A stretch of DNA of 64,000 bases from a virus (taxonomy: Duplodnaviria > Caudoviricetes). The notes under the pieces are model-generated. The model saw nothing but the letters and a program-made list of their open reading frames with translations. It made no database searches and was not told the DNA's origin. Location of the stretch: IMG/VR virus record IMGVR_UViG_3300037067_013660, positions 96,001 through 160,000 of that record; one strand, written 5' to 3'. Within the stretch, counting starts at the first letter, position 1, and each line of letters starts with the position of its first letter. Of the stretch, positions 30,139 to 38,041 are shown in pieces. Position numbers and translations under genes: made by a program.

Positions 30139-30282
30139 ATGCGAACCCGAACCACCACCCAGGCCAAAGAGAAGCGCGTGACAGTGCGCCGTCTGGACTG
30201 GTTTGCCTCCTCACCGTGCAGTATTCCATCGTATCCCGATAATATGCATGGTCTTACCAAGGAGAACAGCCGGGCGGCATAG
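30139..30282 (+). CDS. Putative attenuator leader peptide (47 aa, all 20 amino acids)
   Basis: SD AAGGA; MRTRTTTQAKEKRVTVRRLDWFASSPCSIPSYPDNMHGLTKENSRAA followed by TAG TAA. Confidence 0.7.
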   Translation: MRTRTTTQAKEKRVTVRRLDWFASSPCSIPSYPDNMHGLTKENSRAA

Positions 30283-30304
30283 TAAGACCGAAAGAAACTG
30301 AACC

Positions 30305-30341
30305 AGGCCGCCCAGCGAAAGCTCGGTGGCCTTTTTGTTTT
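30305..30341 (+). terminator. Intrinsic terminator / attenuator before the tRNA array
   Basis: AGGCCGCC-CAGCGAAAGCTC-GGTGGCCT followed by TTTTGTTTT. Confidence 0.8.
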
Positions 30342-30619
30342 CCGGGTGCTGTTTTGCAGTGCGGAACAGTAGCGTAGCACGGTGCGAATCCGTGGCCCGG
30401 CATCGCCCGTGGAAAGCACGTGCGGGTTATGTTGGTTGGTGGCGACGAGCGTTGGTCCCGTGACGTGGTGGAAGCGGTAGCGGCGGCGCGGTCTCGACTG
30501 CGGTGCGGTGGTGTCGTAAGGCACTGCACGGTAGAGTTGAAAAACAAATAGTAAGGAGGTGATGTTTGCAGGAATTCCGTGGACACGTTCCGCTCCGTTG
30601 ATATGGGCGTGTCCACACT

Positions 30620-30690
30620 GGAGCTATGGTGTAGTGGCAACACGTTGGACCGTCTATCCGAAACCCCGAGTTCGATTCTCGGTAGCTCCG
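30620..30690 (+). tRNA. tRNA-Asp(GTC), atypical loop CC-GTC-TA
   Basis: Full cloverleaf, acceptor GGAGCTA/TAGCTCC, discriminator G. Confidence 0.85.
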
Positions 30691-30695
30691 TTGAC

Positions 30696-30770
30696 GGGGA
30701 TATAGTGTAATCTGGAAACACGGGTGGCCTGATCCGAACCACCAATTGCGGTTCAAATCCGATATCCCTG
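30696..30770 (+). tRNA. Atypical or pseudo tRNA with an 11-nt anticodon loop
   Basis: GGGGATA/TATCCCT acceptor, GGTGG/CCACC stem, loop CCTGATCCGAA, T-stem one base short. Confidence 0.6.
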
Positions 30771-30774
30771 ATTT

Positions 30775-30846
30775 GGACTCTTGGTGTAATCGGCAGCACA
30801 GGAGACTGAAGATCTCTTAGTCCAGATTCGATTTCTGGGGGGTCCA
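30775..30846 (+). tRNA. tRNA-Phe(GAA)
   Basis: Cloverleaf, loop CT-GAA-GA. Confidence 0.85.
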
Positions 30847-30848
30847 TT

Positions 30849-30920
30849 GCCTCGGTAGCCTAGTGGTCAGGCACCAGTCCGTTAAACTGTTTTACGCGAG
30901 TTCGACTCTCGCCCGAGGCG
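30849..30920 (+). tRNA. tRNA-Asn(GTT), C33
   Basis: GCCTCGG/CCGAGGC acceptor, loop CC-GTT-AA. Confidence 0.85.
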
Positions 30921-30931
30921 TTAGGTATTTT

Positions 30932-31002
30932 GGAGAGATCGTCCAATGGTAGGACCCCAGACCGTAACTCTGCTAATCTAGGTTCGAGTCCTGCCCTCGT
31001 CA
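30932..31002 (+). tRNA. tRNA-Tyr(GTA)-like, short variable arm, weak acceptor stem
   Basis: GTCC/GGAC D-stem, loop CC-GTA-AC, GGTTCGAGTCC. Confidence 0.6.
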
Positions 31003-31007
31003 TCTAC

Positions 31008-31080
31008 GTGCCTGTAGTTCAATTGGCAGAACGATCGCTTGATGGGCGATAGGTTGGGGGTTCGACGCCCTCCAGGCACA
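31008..31080 (+). tRNA. tRNA-Ile(GAT), G37/G38
   Basis: GTGCCTG/CAGGCAC acceptor, loop TT-GAT-GG. Confidence 0.85.
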
Positions 31081-31084
31081 TTTT

Positions 31085-31165
31085 GGCTGGTACCGTGCAG
31101 GGCACAAACTAGGTCCGAACCCTAGGGCGGTCTAACGGCCGGGAGTTCGATTCTTCTACCAGCCT
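31085..31165 (+). tRNA. tRNA-Ser(CGA) with an 8/4-type fold
   Basis: 8-bp acceptor GGCTGGTA/TACCAGCC, 4-bp T-stem, tiny D-loop, long variable arm, loop TC-CGA-AC. Confidence 0.7.
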
Positions 31166-31172
31166 TTGTTTT

Positions 31173-31257
31173 GGAAGGATGGCTGAGTGGTAAGGGACCG
31201 GATTGCTAATCCGAGGTCATCGTAATGGATGCGCGTGTTCAATCCACGCCACCTCCT
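31173..31257 (+). tRNA. tRNA-Ser(GCT), mismatched acceptor stem
   Basis: Loop TT-GCT-AA, long variable arm, GCGTG/CACGC T-stem. Confidence 0.65.
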
Positions 31258-31258
31258 T

Positions 31259-31342
31259 GGAGGACGAGATGCAAGGCGCGCAAGCTGGTTGGAAGCCAGT
31301 TAGATCTGAAAAGATCGCCGAGTTCGATTCTCGGGCCTTCCG
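31259..31342 (+). tRNA. tRNA-Ser(GGA), atypical D-arm
   Basis: Loop TT-GGA-AG, variable stem GATCT/AGATC, CCGAG/CTCGG T-stem. Confidence 0.75.
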
Positions 31343-31343
31343 T

Positions 31344-31415
31344 GCGACCGTAGTGTAATTGGTAGCACGTAAGTCTTCCAAACTTGCGGTACGAGTTCAA
31401 GTCTCGTCGGTTGCT
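31344..31415 (+). tRNA. tRNA-Gly(TCC)
   Basis: Canonical cloverleaf, loop CT-TCC-AA, U73. Confidence 0.9.
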
Positions 31416-31497
31416 TTATGGGGTGTGGTCCGGCGACCAAATTGATACTGTACATGTGTGCGGGCGCGTGTTATAATATAATGCAGGAGTGTACCTA

Positions 31498-32253
31498 ATG
31501 CCGAAACCTAATTGTGTGTGCACTATTTGTGGAGAGTCGTTCTATAGAGGTAAAAGTAGACTCAAAAACATCAAGCATGGTGTCTATTGCTCGCGGGAGT
31601 GTTTTCAGTTAGCACCCAAAACACAGAAACCAGAAAAGCGGCAGAAGGCACGGAAGTTGCGTATTGACGGGTGGTCCGTAAACAAAATTGCGGACAAGTT
31701 GAGTGTGTCTAAAGGAACTGTAAGCTTATGGGTACGTGACATGCCCAGACCTGAAAACTTAATCCCCAAACCTAAACCAGAGCCCAAACTACACGTACGT
31801 AAACAATATGTGATGGATAGCCAAGGCTATGTAATGGTACCGCACCCACGAAACTACAAAAATACTACGTATTGTGGTGGTCGCTACGTATACTTACACC
31901 GACTTGTCATGGAACGTTTTCTGCGTAGATATTTAACTTCTACTGAGGTAGTACACCACATCAACGGAGACAAACAAGACAATCGGCTAGATAATCTTGA
32001 GATTACTACTGCATCTGCCCATGCTACGCATCACGGAAGAAAATCACGTCTTGGGAAATTTCGTTGTCCTGTATGTTCTGGTGAGTTCACGAGAGCTTTG
32101 CACCAAACACACTTAAAGCGGGCGACACGATTTACGTGCTGTTCAAGTAGTTGTGCTAATAGTATGATTGCTTATATCCGACGTGAAGGTTTCTCTAAAA
32201 ACATACAACACAAAATAAGACGTTCATTGCTTGAAGTTTTTATGTCGGATTAG
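31498..32253 (+). CDS. HNH homing endonuclease with HTH and Zn-finger modules
   Basis: YVYLHRLVME...VVHHINGDKQDNRLDNLE; lower GC than its surroundings. Confidence 0.9.
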   Translation: MPKPNCVCTICGESFYRGKSRLKNIKHGVYCSRECFQLAPKTQKPEKRQKARKLRIDGWSVNKIADKLSVSKGTVSLWVRDMPRPENLIPKPKPEPKLHVRKQYVMDSQGYVMVPHPRNYKNTTYCGGRYVYLHRLVMERFLRRYLTSTEVVHHINGDKQDNRLDNLEITTASAHATHHGRKSRLGKFRCPVCSGEFTRALHQTHLKRATRFTCCSSSCANSMIAYIRREGFSKNIQHKIRRSLLEVFMSD

Positions 32254-32381
32254 CATTCAATCAGTTGTCGAGGAGTTTGCCCCTCCCAGCCGGGTTCAAT
32301 TCCTGGGTGGCCCGTTTGTCTTGACATCTTCTCCTCACTTGTGTTAGGTTCCTAACCTACTTATTCTTTAGGGGTGCTGCG

Positions 32382-32891
32382 ATGCTAACCCTAGTGCTCG
32401 ACGTTGGCTACCAACCCATCAACATGGTGCCGCTTTCCCGTGCCCTCACGTACTTGGTGAAAGGCAAGGTGGAGCTACTGGAATCCTACGAGCAGCCCAT
32501 CCACCCGGATTGGCAAGCCCCGGCGGTCGTGCGGTTGACCCACTGGTTTCGGCCCTACGCCAAATACGTGCGATTTAATCGCCAGAACATTTTGGCGAGG
32601 GATCGGTGGCGTTGTCAGTACTGTGGTGATCAATTCGCTACCAAAGAATTGACGTTCGACCACCTGTACCCGAAGTCACGTGGTGGTAAAACTACCTGGG
32701 AAAACATCGTGGCGTGCTGCCGTCCGTGCAACACACAGAAGGGCAACCGCACGCCCAAAGAGGCCAGCATGACGTTGATGCGACAGCCCGTACGCCCCAA
32801 GTGGCTACCGGTCTTTAGTTTCGGACTGCAACGCTGTACCAATATTCCGTCCGAATGGCGGGACTACTGGAACGTTGAGATCGAAGCGTGA
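32382..32891 (+). CDS. HNH endonuclease (McrA-like)
   Basis: RQNILARDRWRCQYCG...TFDHLYPKSRGG..TWENIVACCRPCN..K. Confidence 0.9.
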   Translation: MLTLVLDVGYQPINMVPLSRALTYLVKGKVELLESYEQPIHPDWQAPAVVRLTHWFRPYAKYVRFNRQNILARDRWRCQYCGDQFATKELTFDHLYPKSRGGKTTWENIVACCRPCNTQKGNRTPKEASMTLMRQPVRPKWLPVFSFGLQRCTNIPSEWRDYWNVEIEA

Positions 32892-33370
32892 ACTACACAC
32901 ACTATCGCGTCCTTCACGTCGAAGACGACGACCTCATGGTACGGCTGGTCCAACGGCTGTTGCGCCACGTCACTCGATACCTCACGGTCGACATTACGGC
33001 AGCCACGACGCTGACGGATGGGCTTGAACGTCTTCGGGATGGCGTGTGGGACATGGTACTGCTGGATCTAGAGTTACCGGAGTGCAACGGGATCGATACG
33101 TTCCACCAGGTGCACGGCGCCTGCATGATCCCGATCGTCGTGTTGACGGGTGTGGAGGATTTTGACCTACGGGTTGAGTGCATCGAGGCGGGGGCACAGG
33201 ACTGCATCGACAAAATGGAACTGACGGCCGACGTGCTGCTGCGGTCCATCCGGTTCGCGGTAGAACGCCATCGACACGTTCAGGAAATGCAATACGCGTT
33301 GAAGGAATTACGGGAGGCGAAGATCACGTTAGAGGAAATTATCGAGCATCTGCGAGAGCGGAATAACTGA
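32888..33370 (+). CDS. Response-regulator receiver protein with C-terminal coiled coil
   Basis: VLHVEDD, DMVLLDLELP, IVVLTG, GAQDCIDK. Confidence 0.88.
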   Translation: MNYTHYRVLHVEDDDLMVRLVQRLLRHVTRYLTVDITAATTLTDGLERLRDGVWDMVLLDLELPECNGIDTFHQVHGACMIPIVVLTGVEDFDLRVECIEAGAQDCIDKMELTADVLLRSIRFAVERHRHVQEMQYALKELREAKITLEEIIEHLRERNN

Positions 33371-33668
33371 CGTTAGTTTTCTCTGTTGAACGGCCACGGC
33401 GCCACATCATCCTCTATCTTGTATTCCTCGGCGAATACGTCACCCAAATACTCCCCGTCCGACACCGCAAAGTGGGACACCCGGTCTACGCCGTGGCGCC
33501 ATACGTACGCCTGCACGACGTCGCCGTCCATATTGGTGACGGGCTCGACCTTGATCAAGACGCCGGGGTACGGGAGCCGCATCAATACCGACGGGACGTC
33601 ACGGATCACTGGGGGATCTAGATAATGCAAGCAACACCTCGCCAGGAATCTTAGGATCCTGATGACCA

Positions 33669-34118
33669 TTACGCACGCGCCGCTAGGATTTGCCGCTGCA
33701 CTTCTTCGTCCTGCGTCCAGCGGTCCCACAGGACTCGATGGACCCAGCGGTTGTACAGCGATGCACGTGCTTCGTTGAACTGCAGACCATATCGTTCCGC
33801 GATGAACTTCGCGACGGCCGCCGACCTCGATATACCGGCGGCACAATGCACCACCACGCCCTCCAACGTGTTGACGTATCGCTCCAGCCAAGCGAAAATC
33901 TGGTCCGCCATTTGGTTGTTGAACAGCACGGGATTGTGGATCGGCACGTCGGCTCGATCGATGTCACTGAACTGTAGGCGCAGCACCGAACCCCACATGC
34001 CCGCGTCAATGGGTGCCAAGCGTCCCGGTTCCGTGATGGAGATGACGCCGACGCTCAGGTGCCCTGGGCGCCGACACGCTTCCTCTTCACACAGATGTTC
34101 GACCGTCTTGATCATCAC
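33669..34118 (-). CDS. Protein-tyrosine / dual-specificity phosphatase
   Basis: VVHCAAGISRS (HCX5R) and LQFSDI. Confidence 0.88.
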   Translation of the reverse strand: MMIKTVEHLCEEEACRRPGHLSVGVISITEPGRLAPIDAGMWGSVLRLQFSDIDRADVPIHNPVLFNNQMADQIFAWLERYVNTLEGVVVHCAAGISRSAAVAKFIAERYGLQFNEARASLYNRWVHRVLWDRWTQDEEVQRQILAARA

Positions 34119-34159
34119 GATGTTCCTTCGTGCAGCATTATCGCGTTACGGCAATTTAG

Positions 34160-34414
34160 TCAAGCGGATTTTGCCTTGTTTTTCTCGCGGTAGTGCTGCA
34201 GGCAAAGACCCGAAATATTGTGTAGGTTAATTTTGGCGCCACAGACGTCGCACGTCCTGATGCCGAATTTCCGGTTGACGGCCTGGGGTTTAATCTCGCC
34301 TCGCTGAACCGCACGTTTCAGTTCGTCGCGCCCCACTCGGATGCTACACCAACGGCACGTAGCCTCTGGTCCCTCGTGGAATTCCCCATCGGGCGTGTTG
34401 TGGAACGTGACCAT
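34160..34414 (-). CDS. Small Cys-rich protein
   Basis: CRWC, CDVC, CLQH. Confidence 0.55.
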   Translation of the reverse strand: MVTFHNTPDGEFHEGPEATCRWCSIRVGRDELKRAVQRGEIKPQAVNRKFGIRTCDVCGAKINLHNISGLCLQHYREKNKAKSA

Positions 34415-34662
34415 TAGGCTTCTGTTGTGGGGGTTGTGGTGGGCTTAACGACCGCCCCGATCTTGACGTGGAATCCGTTGCGCTGTAGCCGGATTTTCTT
34501 GTGCTCGTTTTTAAGGGCGTTGCGGATCCCGTCGGCTTCCGCGTACGTCGCGACGACCGCGTGGTCCGTCCAGGCAAAGCGTTGGGGTGTTTGGCGTTAC
34601 GGGTGTTCTCTCTTTTCGCATAACGTTTCTCCTGGTTTTCGTTTCCACCGTTTGTTTGACCA

Positions 34663-35571
34663 CTAAATGCCGACCAGCGCGTCAGTACTGTTCCACGGGA
34701 ACGCCAGGGCGTCGCACACGACGAACCTGTGGTTGAACAGGTGGGTACCCTGGGCCGTCGTGGCGGCCACACGATAAATACCCGGTAGTTTGCCGCGTAC
34801 GTGGTGGCTTCCGGCCGTCGCGCACCCGATCCAGACTTCGTGCTGCTGCACGTCGCCCGCCAGGTTTACGGGCAAATTGATCATGGGGTCGACCGGCAGC
34901 ACCAGCGCCATGGCGCCGTAGCGTTGTACTCCTGTGGTGGGGTGTTGGCCACTTTGGTAGGTCCAGTCTTCGATCAAATACGTGACGCTGTACTCACCTG
35001 TAGCGGCAGCGTGCCCTTGACGCATGAGCCAGTAGGGTGCGGGGTCACCGGTTTGCGTTTCTTCTAACTTGACGAATGCGGCGGCACCCGCACCAGCCAC
35101 AGCACTGACGCGACCGAATACTATGAACGACCTGCCCAGATCCACCAGCATGGAACACGTGTGGGCCGATGCGTCGGACCATTTGATGTGGGTGGTGTCG
35201 GCCGATTGAATTTCGTCGATGGGCGGCACCGTATTGCCCGGTGGCGTCGCAGCGGCCTCGCCACTGCCTGCAGTGTAGCCGACGGTACAGGACGCCCGCA
35301 TCACCATGGTTTCGTCCGTGTTGATCCACATGACGATTTCGACGCCCTCCAAGTTTTTCAACCAAACCCACGAACCCACGGCACACGTGTTCCACGCGGT
35401 ACAGTAGTCCACGCCCGCCATGCTGTAGGATGCAATGCCGTTACCACTACCTTCGAGTGTCCAGCCGTTCACTACCAACACGTTTTTGACGGCGATGAGC
35501 TTGCGGCGTCCACGTTCCCCGTGGGTCGCGCCACTCGCCACGATGTAGTTTCTGAGTGTGTTCCACGCCAT
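34663..35571 (-). CDS. Putative tail fibre/baseplate-associated protein
   Basis: Paralogous to the N-terminal domain of the upstream LamG protein. Confidence 0.65.
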   Translation of the reverse strand: MAWNTLRNYIVASGATHGERGRRKLIAVKNVLVVNGWTLEGSGNGIASYSMAGVDYCTAWNTCAVGSWVWLKNLEGVEIVMWINTDETMVMRASCTVGYTAGSGEAAATPPGNTVPPIDEIQSADTTHIKWSDASAHTCSMLVDLGRSFIVFGRVSAVAGAGAAAFVKLEETQTGDPAPYWLMRQGHAAATGEYSVTYLIEDWTYQSGQHPTTGVQRYGAMALVLPVDPMINLPVNLAGDVQQHEVWIGCATAGSHHVRGKLPGIYRVAATTAQGTHLFNHRFVVCDALAFPWNSTDALVGI

Positions 35572-35580
35572 GCCGTCCTC

Positions 35581-38010
35581 CTAGCTAAAGTCTAGTTCTG
35601 TAGTATCAGGTACGAAGTCAGCCGTATGTTTAATGTTGTCGTAGATACGGAAATCGTCAATTTTGAATTCGTTGTAAGTACTGGTCCCACTCGCTGTATT
35701 ACCAATGCAGAGTGTTCTGTTGTTCGGGATCGCGACTCTGTTGCCTGCCGTACCTGCACTGTCGTGTAGTTTTATGCCATCGGCAAATATGAGGTAGCGA
35801 TTACCTACGGTATCGAATGCGACTTCGATGTGGTGCCATCCAGCCGCAGGTCCCCACGCTTTCGTTTGATCGAAAATAGAGGTACCGGTAGCATTTCGCA
35901 TGGCGAATCGCAATTCTTTTGCCGTCGTGTACGCTACGTAGATTTCGCCGTAGTTGATGACACTGAACGTACCGTTAGATACTAGGAAAAAATACTCCGT
36001 GGCCGTCGGGGCTCCGGCCGGAACCCAGACCCAAAACGATACAGTCCCGGTATTTTCTAGTTCGTCAATAAGACCAAATCCTATGTACGCCGTATGCGTA
36101 GATTCCGTTGTTAGTGACAAGTCAAAACAACCTGCCCCTACTTTGGGGTCTACGCCGTCAATGCCGATTCTGGTCGGAGGATACGTTCCTCTAGGACGAC
36201 CCAGAAGTGATCCGCCGCCCCGTGCATACGTTAGGTTGAATGGGTTTTCCAGTACGTAGGTTTCGGGTGTCGTCGGCACTGGGAAATCAGCAGTATGACG
36301 GACACCGTCGAAGAAAACCAAGTCCTGAACGTAGTGGTCGGATACGTGAGGACCGCCAAGTCCAGCAGGCATATTATCAACTCGACCGAAGCCTGCGTAC
36401 TTGCACGCGTTGCGTGCACACGTAAGTGCTCCTGTACCTACCAGTATGCCGTCTATGAATAAATATTGATTACCTGTAGCTAAGTTCCAACAAGTCTCTA
36501 TATGGTACCATGTGCCTGCCGTTGGATTCCACGCGACAGTAGATTGTACGGGTCCTACGATGACGGCGTGAACCGGTGTACCGAAACCGATACTTAGTTT
36601 GCCCGAAGCCGCGTCGTGGTACACTATGGCTGCGTTATAGCTACCGCCGCTCCAATCGTAGTATGCCCAAGCAAACAGTCCAACTGACGTCGCGGGACTC
36701 CCGTTGTAATTAGGACATACCCACGCCGACATTGACGCGACGCGGTTGTCGGTAAGACGTCCGTCGAAAATCTCACCCCCAACACCAGAGTACACGTGCC
36801 TATTTCCTGATCCACGTAAATCCCACGTACGGCTGCCCCACTTTCCCGCGTTGGTAAGAACCGCGCCATTATATCCTTGCATGCCGGTTGTGCCGCCGTA
36901 GACAGCGTAATCCCAATAGGACCAGTTATTCCACGCGTCAACTGTCGTATCTTCAACCGAATGGACGCACAGCACTGTATTGGATCCATACCACGTACTG
37001 TCGGTATTCCACTTGGCGTACAGCACCAAGTCGACGGGAGGTGGAGGCAATTGCATTAAGTCGTCGACCAAGCTCATCCACGGCAACAGGTAGTGCCCGA
37101 GCTGTACGTAGTCACCAGTGGTCGTCTTGGTCGTGTCGGCCATATGGCATTCGTAGACGTCGGGCAGCCGTCCTTTTACTTGCCCTTCGGCCGCGCCCCA
37201 CGACATTACCCAAACGCCGCCCATCTGCGGTTCACCGTCCACTGGACTGACGTCCGCCGCCACGACGTTCGCGACGTTGCTGGAGCCGTAACGCGAACCC
37301 CCGTAGCCGTTGGCCGGATAGATTTTGCCTAACGTCGGGTGATAGGCACTGAGGGACGCGACCCCCGCGTTGAATCCCAGAATTGATGAGTCGAGCATCG
37401 CGGCCGTGCCGCTGGACCTGAAATACATGACGTAGGGATACTGGTCGCCGTCCTCCACGTCTTCACACCGCAGGAAAAAATGCCACGCGGCTCCTCGGTT
37501 GGTCGAGTAGTTGAAGGCCATGTAGCTGCCGTCCGGTGCCGTCGCGAACGTCCAGAACGACGATTTCATGACGGCGGCGGTAGGCCAGTCTTGATCTACT
37601 GAGTCGTCGCGGGAATCCTCGCCGCCCAATCCAGCGGTTGGACGCGTCGCTTCCCCGATAGCAGCATCGGTATAGCCGCCCGCTGCCCTCCAATGTACGT
37701 GGCACTCGTCCGTGCCGTTGGGCTGCTGTAGCACTACCTCGGGTCGTGGGTTGCCGTCGCCTAAATCTGGAGCCTGTAGGCACGTCCATAGGCCCGCAGC
37801 GGTACCGACGACACTGGGGAACGCGGGCAGGGGGTCGGTGCCCACGAGGTCAAAGACGCCGGTCCCCGTCCCCATACCAACGCCCCGTAGCGTCCATCCG
37901 GCCGCTACGAGCGTTTCCTTGAGCTTGATGATGAACTTTCGCCACATCACGCCGCCGCTGGTCGTCCAGACAAACGATACGTTGCGATCAACCGTCCAGA
38001 CCTTATCCAT
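35581..38010 (-). CDS. Putative receptor-binding protein with two LamG/ConA-like domains
   Basis: GTWYHI...LFIDG, GWHHIEV...IFADG, IDDFRIY..KHTADF; late motif upstream. Confidence 0.8.
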   Translation of the reverse strand: MDKVWTVDRNVSFVWTTSGGVMWRKFIIKLKETLVAAGWTLRGVGMGTGTGVFDLVGTDPLPAFPSVVGTAAGLWTCLQAPDLGDGNPRPEVVLQQPNGTDECHVHWRAAGGYTDAAIGEATRPTAGLGGEDSRDDSVDQDWPTAAVMKSSFWTFATAPDGSYMAFNYSTNRGAAWHFFLRCEDVEDGDQYPYVMYFRSSGTAAMLDSSILGFNAGVASLSAYHPTLGKIYPANGYGGSRYGSSNVANVVAADVSPVDGEPQMGGVWVMSWGAAEGQVKGRLPDVYECHMADTTKTTTGDYVQLGHYLLPWMSLVDDLMQLPPPPVDLVLYAKWNTDSTWYGSNTVLCVHSVEDTTVDAWNNWSYWDYAVYGGTTGMQGYNGAVLTNAGKWGSRTWDLRGSGNRHVYSGVGGEIFDGRLTDNRVASMSAWVCPNYNGSPATSVGLFAWAYYDWSGGSYNAAIVYHDAASGKLSIGFGTPVHAVIVGPVQSTVAWNPTAGTWYHIETCWNLATGNQYLFIDGILVGTGALTCARNACKYAGFGRVDNMPAGLGGPHVSDHYVQDLVFFDGVRHTADFPVPTTPETYVLENPFNLTYARGGGSLLGRPRGTYPPTRIGIDGVDPKVGAGCFDLSLTTESTHTAYIGFGLIDELENTGTVSFWVWVPAGAPTATEYFFLVSNGTFSVINYGEIYVAYTTAKELRFAMRNATGTSIFDQTKAWGPAAGWHHIEVAFDTVGNRYLIFADGIKLHDSAGTAGNRVAIPNNRTLCIGNTASGTSTYNEFKIDDFRIYDNIKHTADFVPDTTELDFS

Positions 38011-38041
38011 CGTATACCTCGCGCAAGACTATGGCGTCCCC

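Noticed and set aside
30060-30847. Minus-strand ORFs over the leader and tRNAs
   Set aside because: Antisense to well-formed RNA elements, no SD, not protein-like.
31420-32314. Group I intron in a tRNA
   Set aside because: Under about 80 nt upstream and 60 nt downstream of the ORF, too little for a catalytic core, and no convincing 5' tRNA half.
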